Positions 6,531 to 14,563 of a stretch of DNA of 32,745 nucleotides are shown in pieces. A model generated the notes under the pieces. It was given only the letters and a program-made list of their open reading frames with translations, was not told the origin of the DNA and made no database searches. The stretch spans positions 1-32,745 of the forward strand of contig JBHPFT010000002.1 of the NCBI GenBank assembly GCA_042571445.1. The letters are read 5' to 3'. Numbering within the stretch: position 1 is the stretch's first letter; every line of letters starts with the position of its first letter. This stretch comes from Patescibacteria group bacterium. Lineage in GTDB: Bacteria; Patescibacteriota; WWE3; UBA101185; UBA10185. The position numbers and the translations under genes are program-made.

Positions 6531-7272
6531 AAGGCTTCATACTCACTTTAACCTTACTTTCTACTTTACCTATTATCTTTTCCCAATCATTTTCAAATTC
6601 TGTATATATAAAATTCAATAACTCTGTACCTTTTTTAGTATCTAGATTATCTCCCTCTTTCAAAGGAGATAAAAACTTACTCCAAAACTTCACAAAAGCT
6701 TCAATATCTTTGAAGGTCTCTGGAGTAATAAATTTAAAATGATCTAGTAAATTTTCTTTTACCAGCTTCTTATCTTTTTTATAAAACTCCGAAAGAATCT
6801 TAGATGTATAGTTATAATCTATACTTTCTAACGAAGTAACAAATTTATCTATTACACTGTCAGGATTATTCTTCATTAAATACAGATCGGCTCCACACCA
6901 TAAGTAGTTGTGTAACCTAGGACCCCTGGCAGTCTCAAAAGAAACACCTGAGGAATCAACTATCATTCTAGATACTTCACCCGCAAGATCTTCTTTATCT
7001 TCTAAAAGCCATGTATCGATCTCCCTATTGTACTTATCTGCACCATATTTAACAGAGTGGCACATCATACTTAGGGGTAGAGAAGTAGCATCAGGATACT
7101 TTTCCTTAACAAAGTCTAAAAACTTTTCTTGATTCTCATGTATTTCTTCAAACTTAAAGATTGAAGTAGGTAAGAAAGGAACAAAATCAGGAATATGAGA
7201 ACCAACAAGTGTATAAGGTGTAGTTTCCTTAAGCACCTTATACGCTATATAGTTGTGTCCTAGTAAGTTCAT
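6514..7272 (-). CDS. Hypothetical protein, possibly a metal-dependent hydrolase (weak AcpH/DUF479-like N-terminus)
   Basis: Start moved to ATG 7272, which forms an ATGA overlap with the SDR stop. The N-terminus MNLLGHNYIAY...GSHIPDF is reminiscent of MNFLAHLHLA...ADF in ACP phosphodiesterases. This similarity is weak. Confidence 0.5.
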   Translation of the reverse strand: MNLLGHNYIAYKVLKETTPYTLVGSHIPDFVPFLPTSIFKFEEIHENQEKFLDFVKEKYPDATSLPLSMMCHSVKYGADKYNREIDTWLLEDKEDLAGEVSRMIVDSSGVSFETARGPRLHNYLWCGADLYLMKNNPDSVIDKFVTSLESIDYNYTSKILSEFYKKDKKLVKENLLDHFKFITPETFKDIEAFVKFWSKFLSPLKEGDNLDTKKGTELLNFIYTEFENDWEKIIGKVESKVKVSMKPFITQE

Positions 7273-8015
7273 CTTCCTTGGTACTGAGCTCCCGATACAG
7301 TAATAACTTCTCCAGTGATGTGTCTTGACCAATAATCACTAGCGAATATAACGCCCATTCTTCCTATATCTCGAGGAATGCCATTTTTTCCACCCAGTAA
7401 AACAGTAGGCTCGTCATTGGCCTGATTTGGATCTTCAGTTTTTTCTCTGATATATATCCCACCAGGAGCAATACCATTAACCCTAATACCATGGGGGGCA
7501 AGTTCAATAGCCATGGTCTTTACCAAAGCCTTTATAGCTGCCTTACTTGCAGTATAGTGTGGACTACTGGGAATATCTTGATGTACAGATGAAGTAAAAA
7601 TTACATTTCCCTTAACACCATTTTTTATCATCTTTTTGACCACTTTTTGCGTAAGAAACATGTGACCAGTTAGATTCGTATTTATAATCTTAGTCCACTC
7701 TTTTTGTGTAGCATTTAAAACGTTTTCTGATGTCCCTATCCCAGCGTTATTAAAAAGAACATCAATCTTTCCCACTTCCTTATAAATCTTTTCAAGAATG
7801 TCATCAAAACTATCAATATCTAAGAGGTCTAGATGATAGTACAGATGTCCATCAGACACCTCCAAGATATCTTTTAGGACATCCTCACCTCGTTTATCAT
7901 CTACATCAGTAACTACAACCGTAGCTCCATTTCTTGCAAACTCCAGACATAACCCCCATCCAATTCCGCCTCCCCCTCCTGTTACTAAAACTGTCTTATT
8001 TTCAAGATATTTCAT
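7269..8015 (-). CDS. Short-chain dehydrogenase/reductase (SDR) family oxidoreductase
   Basis: 248 aa. TGGGGGIG cofactor motif, NNAG, catalytic S...YTASKAA (YxxxK), PGGI. Confidence 0.88.
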   Translation of the reverse strand: MKYLENKTVLVTGGGGGIGWGLCLEFARNGATVVVTDVDDKRGEDVLKDILEVSDGHLYYHLDLLDIDSFDDILEKIYKEVGKIDVLFNNAGIGTSENVLNATQKEWTKIINTNLTGHMFLTQKVVKKMIKNGVKGNVIFTSSVHQDIPSSPHYTASKAAIKALVKTMAIELAPHGIRVNGIAPGGIYIREKTEDPNQANDEPTVLLGGKNGIPRDIGRMGVIFASDYWSRHITGEVITVSGAQYQGR

Positions 8016-8905
8016 TTTTCTTCTCCTTTCCTAAACAAACTAATTACAGTTTTCTGCCTTTTCTTATCTTTTAATAGCTGATCTAACATAAAATAGCTAA
8101 TGTGTTTATCTTTTAACATTATTTCTACAGCACTTTCAAGGTCATTTTCTTCAAACTTATCATTTGAATCATCAGGCATTTTAACAACTTGAAGAATAGG
8201 TATAACTCTATCTTTTCCAAAAATATCTTTAAAATACTTAAGAGTTTCCTTAATCCACCTCCCATTCTTCCCAATCATCTGGGGATAAATCATTGGAGAA
8301 GAGTAGTCAACAATCTTTTCAAATTCCCTGGCAGGTTGGGCAAAGATACTATGAAGTCTCTCTTCAGTCTCAGGAACTGCAAAATATCCTAGGGGTTTAT
8401 CTCTAACAATCTTTTTAACTTCATTCAAGAAGGAAGTTATCTGACTAATACGAAAATCTTCCCATTCCATACCACTACTCTTATGTTTTTCCAAACAAGT
8501 ATCACAGTAACAGGTATCTAAATATGAAGGTTTTTTTGTCTCCCAATATGTAGGAAACCTAATACTATCAAGCCAGACACCATCATAAAATCCTGTTTCA
8601 AAATCCATTTTTATCTTTTTAAGCCTTTTTTTCCTTAAGGTAGTATTAGAGGGACAACCTCCTCTATACCACCCTGCATAGGTTTCAACAGGCTTCCCAT
8701 CTTTTCTAGTTGCTGAAAACCCATCTTTTTGTTCTTCTTCACTAATACCAAAAACACCAATGGGGTAATAAACTTTAATACCATTTTCTTTTAGAAAGCA
8801 AGAGTAACCTTCATCTAATTCATGAGCCCATATAAAATCTGGATTAAGTTTTAAAAGAAGATCTTTTTTATTTTTATCAAAGGAGCCTACATATATACCT
8901 TGCAC
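8012..8905 (-). CDS. Hypothetical glycoside-hydrolase-like TIM-barrel protein (GHL/DUF4015-like)
   Basis: 297 aa with GTG start. GVWLDSIRFPTYWE and CYCDTCLEKH segments resemble GHL-type putative glycosidases. ATGA overlap with the SDR gene. Confidence 0.45.
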   Translation of the reverse strand: MQGIYVGSFDKNKKDLLLKLNPDFIWAHELDEGYSCFLKENGIKVYYPIGVFGISEEEQKDGFSATRKDGKPVETYAGWYRGGCPSNTTLRKKRLKKIKMDFETGFYDGVWLDSIRFPTYWETKKPSYLDTCYCDTCLEKHKSSGMEWEDFRISQITSFLNEVKKIVRDKPLGYFAVPETEERLHSIFAQPAREFEKIVDYSSPMIYPQMIGKNGRWIKETLKYFKDIFGKDRVIPILQVVKMPDDSNDKFEENDLESAVEIMLKDKHISYFMLDQLLKDKKRQKTVISLFRKGEEK

Positions 8906-8911
8906 ATGAAA

Positions 8912-8917
8912 ATTATA
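8912..8917 (-). promoter_or_regulatory. -10 box TATAAT 6 nt upstream of the GTG start at 8905
   Basis: Minus strand reads TATAAT-tttcat-GTG. No SD. Confidence 0.4.
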
Positions 8918-8976
8918 TTACACACCACCTTCATTAAAAAGCATTCCAAGGATATAATTGTTATAATATCTTGCCT

Positions 8977-9052
8977 CGGGGTGTAGCTCAGTTGGAAGAG
9001 TGCGCGCTTTGGGAGCGTGAGGCCGCAGGTTCGAGTCCTGTCACCCCGACCA
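8977..9052 (+). tRNA. tRNA-Pro (anticodon UGG), CCA encoded
   Basis: Acceptor CGGGGTG/CACCCCG, anticodon stem CGCGC/GCGTG with loop TTTGGGA, T arm GCAGG-TTCGAGT-CCTGT, A-CCA. TTATAAT lies about 10 nt upstream. The 3' end abuts the convergent stop at 9053. Confidence 0.9.
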
Positions 9053-10168
9053 TTAGTAGTACTTATAATCCACGTGAAGTCCGTATCCCCATTCCGATAG
9101 ATATCTAAAGTAGAAAAGATAAAATACTCCTAATGTTACATAAAACCAAAATTTCTTTTCTTTGAAGTACTCATATGCTCCTAGTGTTAATACTGGCATT
9201 ACCCAAAGAAGGTAGGTTTTATTCAATACGGGGGTGAGTATATAGAAACCTATGAAAGGTAGCACTGCTGCTGCATATTTACTCTCAAATCTCTTATAGA
9301 AATTCTTTATCTTCTGAATTGGTAATTTTAGATATTCTAGTGATGTAATTATCCATCCTGATGCTATTGCCATAAAGGCATAGAAATTAAAAGGTATAGT
9401 TCTGATAAACTCTATCTTTTGTTTGTAGCTAAGAAGGAATAGAAAAGGCTTTCCTTGTACAAATCTTTCAGAATGAGAAAGAAGTGCAGCTCTTAGATAC
9501 AGTTGTGGATCTGATAGAAAAGGAAGACTTACTGCAAGAAGAGTAATTCCCGAACTAAGTAGAAACGTTAGTTTGCTTTTACTCCTGAAGGAAAAAAGTG
9601 GAAAGAGAATTATAGGAAATGTCTTCATGCCAAAGGATAGGGCATAAAAAAATCCAGATAAAATATCGTCTTCTTCTAAATACATTAGGGCAAAAAGCAT
9701 AAAGAATAGACTTACTGAATCCATGTAGTTAAAGTTTGTCTTTGTAACTATATATGGATTAAAAAACCAAAAGAGAAGAGAAACAATTAGTGCAAATTTA
9801 CTCTTCTTCCAGAAATATATCGTAAAGAGAATTCCAATTCCTATATCAAATGCAAGGATTGGATATTTATACATGTCTACCATCTGAAGATTAGTTAGAG
9901 TATGGTAGTGGTGAAGTGGAGTAAACAGGTACAAAATACCAGGAAGGAAGGCAAACCCATGATCATAGTTACTATTTCTATCCCCAAATGTTTCTATTGT
10001 TTTGTAGTAGGGATTTACTCCTTCATAGAAGTCTTCTGCTGCTTGTCTAAATACTTCAAAGTCATTTCCAACTTGATCAAAATATGAGAGTCGTGTTTTT
10101 AGGGCACAAAAAAATATTACTGCCACTAGAAAGTAGGGCAGTACTTTTCTCAAAGTATCTAATTTCAC
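9053..10168 (-). CDS. Polytopic membrane protein, GT-C-type glycosyltransferase-like (DUF2029/GT87-like)
   Basis: 371 aa with about 10 TM segments and an aromatic-rich, first-loop acidic motif (DFEVFRQAAEDF). GTG start. Confidence 0.55.
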   Translation of the reverse strand: MKLDTLRKVLPYFLVAVIFFCALKTRLSYFDQVGNDFEVFRQAAEDFYEGVNPYYKTIETFGDRNSNYDHGFAFLPGILYLFTPLHHYHTLTNLQMVDMYKYPILAFDIGIGILFTIYFWKKSKFALIVSLLFWFFNPYIVTKTNFNYMDSVSLFFMLFALMYLEEDDILSGFFYALSFGMKTFPIILFPLFSFRSKSKLTFLLSSGITLLAVSLPFLSDPQLYLRAALLSHSERFVQGKPFLFLLSYKQKIEFIRTIPFNFYAFMAIASGWIITSLEYLKLPIQKIKNFYKRFESKYAAAVLPFIGFYILTPVLNKTYLLWVMPVLTLGAYEYFKEKKFWFYVTLGVFYLFYFRYLSEWGYGLHVDYKYY

Positions 10169-10199
10169 TAAATACAGAATATCTTTTTATAGGATAGGT

Positions 10200-10227
10200 A
10201 TCAAGATGGTAAATTTGTCATCTTGAT
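10200..10227. promoter_or_regulatory. Perfect 9-bp inverted repeat in a divergent intergenic region (operator or hairpin)
   Basis: ATCAAGATG-gtaaatttgt-CATCTTGAT, located between the GT-C gene start (10168, -) and ORF 10266 (+). Confidence 0.35.
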
Positions 10228-10265
10228 CTACATTTCAAAGATTGTTAATGTTACTCCACTAATCT

Positions 10266-11030
10266 ATGAGTAGTGCAAAAAGATTTTTTACTAAGGATGG
10301 GAAGGTATTAAAGGGTACAAAACCCGAGGTATCTTACGTTGATACCATAATTAAGCAAGCCCCATTAGTTACATCTATATTTTCAGAGAAAGAAAAAAAG
10401 AAATTTAATCTTAGAGGCGCTGTAGAAATACTCAAGAGTCAAAGTTTAAACAATAAAATCACCACTATTTGGGCCTCTCTTTCTGTAATTATGGTATTTG
10501 GAGTACTAGTTTCTATAATGGTTACTCCAGGTAAAGCAAAACCTCAGAATACCAGTAAATATGCTATCTATGCTTCTAAACCTCTTGTTTTGGAACAATC
10601 TACCTACGATATTTATTCAAAAGATAGCAGGGCAAAAAGAATAAATGAGGTATTTAAGATGTATAACTGTCCACTTGAGGGAATGGGAGAGGCCTTTGTA
10701 TTTGAGGCAGACAGAAATAATATTCCTTGGTGGTTGGCAGCTTCTGTATCTTTCCAAGAATCAAGCTGTGGAAAAAATACTCCTAAGGTATCAGGTGCAG
10801 AAACATACAATGCATGGGGCTGGGCAGTATATGGAAACATTACTTGGTCATTTGATAACTGGGCCCGAGGCATTGAAACAGTTTCTAGGTACTTTGGAAG
10901 TAACTTCTATTCCAAAGGTGTAACAGATCTTTGTGAGATTATGAAAACCTACACTCCTCCTTCAGATGGCTCCTGGTGCGCGGGAGTTAAGCACTTTGGA
11001 GACCTAATTCAGTCATATAAAACCCCTTAA
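10266..11030 (+). CDS. Membrane-anchored protein with lysozyme/transglycosylase-like ESSCG domain (paralog 1)
   Basis: 254 aa: cytoplasmic N-terminus, one TM (ITTIWASLSVIMVFGVLVSIMV), then a domain sharing ...FV.EAD...I...LAA.S.QESSCGK...NAWGWAVYGN...F..W..GIETV...SKG...YTPP with the next ORF. Confidence 0.6.
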   Translation: MSSAKRFFTKDGKVLKGTKPEVSYVDTIIKQAPLVTSIFSEKEKKKFNLRGAVEILKSQSLNNKITTIWASLSVIMVFGVLVSIMVTPGKAKPQNTSKYAIYASKPLVLEQSTYDIYSKDSRAKRINEVFKMYNCPLEGMGEAFVFEADRNNIPWWLAASVSFQESSCGKNTPKVSGAETYNAWGWAVYGNITWSFDNWARGIETVSRYFGSNFYSKGVTDLCEIMKTYTPPSDGSWCAGVKHFGDLIQSYKTP

Positions 11031-11088
11031 ACACACTATCCTATAGCGTTTGATATATACTCAAAAGTACGATATAATTCTCTCTTGT

Positions 11089-11655
11089 ATGTATAAAAAG
11101 ATGTCACCAAAAGTGAATATTTTGCCTTTAATAGCCCTTTTCCTTGTGGCCCATTCTTTTAATGGTCCTAAAGGCTCTGAGATAGCTCTAAATGAAGGTT
11201 TAGATCAAAAACTTGAAGAGAGTAGAGAATCAAGAGTTAAGGCTTTAGAAGGCTTTTTTGAAGAGGTAAACTCGCCTTTAAAACCTCAAGCTAGTACCTT
11301 TGTTGAGGTTGCTGATAAGTATGGTATAGACTATAAACTTTTACCTGCAATATCTTGTATTGAGTCTTCTTGTGGAGTGAAACTAATTGAAGGTTCATTT
11401 AACCCATTTGGATGGGGTATTTATGGAAATAATGCAATATACTTTGAATCTTGGGAAGATGGTATTGAAACAGTAGCCAAGGGTATTAGGGAAAACTATT
11501 TCTCTAAGGGATTTAATACTCCTGAGAAAATGGCTCCAATATACACACCTCCTAACTCAGCTAACTGGCTGTATGCCGTTAGAGGATTTATGTACAGAAT
11601 AGAAAGTTATAGGGATCTACCTTTAATTCTAGATTCTGTATCACTAGAAGCCTAA
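11089..11655 (+). CDS. Secreted protein with the same ESSCG lysozyme/transglycosylase-like domain (paralog 2)
   Basis: The ORF-track TTG start at 11050 precedes TATAAT (11073-11078). ATG 11089 gives MYKKMSPKVNILPLIALFLVAHSF (signal peptide). Domain sequence: ISCIESSCGV...FNPFGWGIYGN...W.DGIETV...SKG...YTPP. Confidence 0.6.
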   Translation: MYKKMSPKVNILPLIALFLVAHSFNGPKGSEIALNEGLDQKLEESRESRVKALEGFFEEVNSPLKPQASTFVEVADKYGIDYKLLPAISCIESSCGVKLIEGSFNPFGWGIYGNNAIYFESWEDGIETVAKGIRENYFSKGFNTPEKMAPIYTPPNSANWLYAVRGFMYRIESYRDLPLILDSVSLEA

Positions 11656-11698
11656 AACTAGCTAATTTCCTGTATTTTAAATATAATAGGGACTACGT

Positions 11699-11783
11699 GG
11701 GCGAGTGGCGGAATTGGTATACGCGCACGGCTTAGAACCGTGTTCCTTCGGGATTGCAGGTTCGAGTCCTGTCTCGCCCACCA
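11699..11783 (+). tRNA. tRNA-Leu (anticodon UAG), long variable arm, CCA encoded
   Basis: Acceptor GGGCGAG/CTCGCCC, anticodon stem CACGG/CCGTG with loop CTTAGAA, variable arm TTCCTTCGGGATT, T arm GCAGG-TTCGAGT-CCTGT, A-CCA. TATAAT at 11683-11688. Confidence 0.9.
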
Positions 11784-11790
11784 GTAAAAC

Positions 11791-12654
11791 ATGGAAATTG
11801 TTAAAGCAGTAACCGAAGACAAGATTCATCTAACGGGGTTTCTATCAGAACCAAAAGGTTCTAAGGACAAAATTATAGTACATATACATGGAATGTCTGG
11901 AGATCCCTACACAAATAGTTGGTACCCTTACTTCCACAATCTCTTTCCAGAAAACAACATAGCCTTCTTGGTCGGAAATCATCGAGGAACTGGCTCAATT
12001 ACAATGTTTTTTCAAGAACCAGATAAATACCCAAATTATGGGAATGCATTTGAAGTTTTTGAAAACTGTGTTTTTGATATCGATGCGTGGGTAAATTATG
12101 CATTAGACCTAGGTTACAAAAATGTTACTCTTCAAGCCCACAGTATGGGGCCCTCCAAAGCTATTTATTACCTAAATAAAAAGAAACACCCCGAAATTAA
12201 GAAGCTAGTTCTCACCAGCCCTGTTGATATGCTCGGACTGGCTAATACTGAGAAAAACTTCTCGAAAATGGAGAGTGAGGCAAAGGAGTTAATCAATCAA
12301 AACAAAGGAGATCAGCTCCTATCTAATCTTATATACGATGACTATCTTATATCGGCACAAACCTTCTTAAACTTATTCCAAGAAGACTCTAACTGCAATG
12401 TCTTCTGTTACCAAGATAGAGAACATAATTGGAAAATGGTTAATAGCGTAAAAGTTCCTGTATTTTTAATAGGGGGGACTAAAGATTGGGGAATAGAAAC
12501 TAACATTAAGACAGATAAAGCGTTTGAGATACTAAAAAAAGAATTTAAAAATTCTCCTAGTGTAAAAACAAAAATATATAATGGGGCTTCACATGATTTT
12601 GGGGGATTCGAAGAACAAATTACAAAAGATATTATCGGTTTTGTGCTAAAATAA
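11791..12654 (+). CDS. Alpha/beta-hydrolase fold protein
   Basis: 287 aa. HGMSG oxyanion-type segment, nucleophile elbow AHSMG (GxSxG variant), C-terminal GGTKDW and ASHDF (Asp/His candidates). Confidence 0.7.
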   Translation: MEIVKAVTEDKIHLTGFLSEPKGSKDKIIVHIHGMSGDPYTNSWYPYFHNLFPENNIAFLVGNHRGTGSITMFFQEPDKYPNYGNAFEVFENCVFDIDAWVNYALDLGYKNVTLQAHSMGPSKAIYYLNKKKHPEIKKLVLTSPVDMLGLANTEKNFSKMESEAKELINQNKGDQLLSNLIYDDYLISAQTFLNLFQEDSNCNVFCYQDREHNWKMVNSVKVPVFLIGGTKDWGIETNIKTDKAFEILKKEFKNSPSVKTKIYNGASHDFGGFEEQITKDIIGFVLK

Positions 12655-12661
12655 GCGGACT

Positions 12662-13555
12662 ATGAAAGTAAATGTAGAAAAACAACCAAAATCAACTTTA
12701 AAAATTACAGTTACTGTAGAAAATGATCTAGTTAAGAAGGCTTATGACCAAGTTTTAGAAGAAACAGTAGCTAATACCGAGGTAGAAGGATTTAGAAAAG
12801 GAAATGCCCCTAAAGCAAAGGTTGAAGAAAAGATAGGTGTTTCTAATTTATATGGACATGTTATTGATCACTTACTTAAGGATTATTACACCCAAGCTTT
12901 AAAAGAGAACAAAATTGTACCTGTTTCTAGTCCAAGAGTAGAGATAAAAGAATTTGATATTGATAAAGACTTTGAATTCAGCGCTACTGTTGCTATTAGA
13001 CCAGACATTAAGATAAGAGAGTATAAGAAAGCATTAAAGAAATCTTTTGAAGATAAGAAGAAAGAAATAGAGAAGGTTAAAGCAGAAGCATTGAAGAAAG
13101 GTGAAGATATACCAGACATTCCTGTTCACCTAGGTGCAAATGAGGTAATTGAGGTGTTAACTCAAAATGCTGACGTTGAGATTGCAGATATCTTAGTTCA
13201 GGAGGAATCAGATAGAATCATGGGAAGATTAATGGATCAGTTAAGAGGTATTAATCTTTCTATGGATAAGTATCTAAAGGCCCAAGAAAAGACTGCAGAA
13301 GGATTAAGAAAAGAATATGATGAGATATCTGAGAAGAATATTAAGGCAGAGTTTGTGATGTCTCATTTGATTAAAGAGTTGGGAATCAAAGTTACAGAAA
13401 AAGAAATAGATGAGATGATTGGTGCTGTTGGTGATCCTAAAGCTCAAGAGGGTATGCAAACTCCTATGCAAAGACTTTACATTAAGACTATTTTGCAGAA
13501 GAATAAGCTTATTAGTAAGTTAATAGAAGAAGCAGAAAAGGAAACTAAGAAATGA
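12662..13555 (+). CDS. tig: Trigger factor, short form lacking the PPIase domain
   Basis: 297 aa. N-terminal ribosome-binding domain with the GFRKG signature ([13 protein letters not shown]), joined directly to the C-terminal arm domain ([19 protein letters not shown]...). No FKBP-like segment. Lies immediately upstream of clpP. Confidence 0.85.
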   Translation: MKVNVEKQPKSTLKITVTVENDLVKKAYDQVLEETVANTEVEGFRKGNAPKAKVEEKIGVSNLYGHVIDHLLKDYYTQALKENKIVPVSSPRVEIKEFDIDKDFEFSATVAIRPDIKIREYKKALKKSFEDKKKEIEKVKAEALKKGEDIPDIPVHLGANEVIEVLTQNADVEIADILVQEESDRIMGRLMDQLRGINLSMDKYLKAQEKTAEGLRKEYDEISEKNIKAEFVMSHLIKELGIKVTEKEIDEMIGAVGDPKAQEGMQTPMQRLYIKTILQKNKLISKLIEEAEKETKK

Positions 13556-14151
13556 ATAACAACACACTAGTACCAATAGTCGTAGAAAAAGAACCAGGTG
13601 GAAATGAAAGATCTTATGATATCTATTCAAGACTTCTAAAGGATCAGATTGTGTTTGTTACTGGACCTATTGATATGGGTGTAGCAAATACCTTTATTGC
13701 ACAACTTTTGTTCCTAGAGAGTGAGTATCCAGATAAGGATATTAGTGTATACATCAATAGTCCTGGTGGAGAGGTGTACGCAGGCAGAGCAATGTATGAC
13801 ACTATGAAACACATAAAGAACGATATTGTTACCATTAACGTTGGTCTTGCTGCATCAGCTGGAGCACTTCTTTTATCCGGTGGAACAAATGGAAAGAGAT
13901 TCACACTTCCTGGAGCATATACAATGATTCACCAGCTAATCGGTGGGGTAGAGGGACAGGCCACAGATGTGGAAATTACTGCAAAACACATGTTACAGAT
14001 AAAAGAGCAGTATGCAAAGATAATTGCAAAGGAAACTGGTCAGAAACTAGATAAGGTAAAAGAAGATATGGAAAGAGATTATTGGATGGACGCAGAAGAA
14101 TCTATAAAGTACGGAATAGTAGATAAGATAATGAAACCAAAGAAAAAATAG
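13552..14151 (+). CDS. clpP: ATP-dependent Clp protease proteolytic subunit
   Basis: 199 aa. [26 protein letters not shown], catalytic Ser in [11 protein letters not shown], His in MIHQ, Asp in MERDYWM. ATGA overlap with tig. Confidence 0.93.
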   Translation: MNNNTLVPIVVEKEPGGNERSYDIYSRLLKDQIVFVTGPIDMGVANTFIAQLLFLESEYPDKDISVYINSPGGEVYAGRAMYDTMKHIKNDIVTINVGLAASAGALLLSGGTNGKRFTLPGAYTMIHQLIGGVEGQATDVEITAKHMLQIKEQYAKIIAKETGQKLDKVKEDMERDYWMDAEESIKYGIVDKIMKPKKK

Positions 14152-14156
14152 TCCTC

Positions 14157-14233
14157 GGGCGGTTAGCTCAGTTGGTTAGAGCGTCGCGTTGACATCGCGG
14201 AGGTCACAGGTTCGATCCCTGTATCGCCCACCA
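14157..14233 (+). tRNA. tRNA-Val (anticodon GAC), CCA encoded
   Basis: Acceptor GGGCGGT/ATCGCCC, D arm GCTC-AGTTGGTT-AGAGC, anticodon stem TCGCG/CGCGG with loop TTGACAT, T arm ACAGG-TTCGATC-CCTGT, A-CCA. Starts 5 nt after the clpP stop. Confidence 0.9.
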
Positions 14234-14301
14234 AACTCCCTTTTTAAATTTTTCATATATAATATGTCCCTTCGGAAATAAACTATGTGAGAGGAGGGCA
14301 T

Positions 14302-14487
14302 ATGAAAATTAGATATCAAAGTATTATTAACTACCCAATGAGAAAGCTTCGTCAAATGGTGCTAAGAGAGTACCCAGAAAAATGGGGTGAATTCCTTCAC
14401 AAACTAAGCTCACTTCATAGGGATGGTAGTCCAGACAGAGTTACAGAGGAAATAATAGAATGGCTCGAATCCGAAGAAAACAAATAG
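14302..14487 (+). CDS. Hypothetical small protein (61 aa)
   Basis: ATG 14302 is preceded by GAGGAGGG with 3-4 nt spacing, so I prefer it over the GTG at 14287. TATAAT upstream. No recognisable domain. Confidence 0.5.
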   Translation: MKIRYQSIINYPMRKLRQMVLREYPEKWGEFLHKLSSLHRDGSPDRVTEEIIEWLESEENK

Positions 14488-14490
14488 GTT

Positions 14491-14533
14491 TTAGCGTTTC
14501 CCTAAAGTACTTAAAAACGCTAACTTTCTTTTT
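14491..14533 (+). terminator. Rho-independent terminator
   Basis: TTAGCGTTT (14491-14499) / AAACGCTAA (14515-14523), a 9-bp stem, followed by CTTTCTTTTTT. Confidence 0.65.
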
Positions 14534-14549
14534 TACCAATCTTCACTCT

Positions 14550-14557
14550 GATATCAT
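14550..14557 (+). promoter_or_regulatory. Extended -10 promoter (TGaTATCAT) 6 nt upstream of the ATPase start
   Basis: TG-a-TATCAT ending at 14557, then taacgt (6 nt), then ATG 14564. No SD. Confidence 0.4.
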
Positions 14558-14563
14558 TAACGT

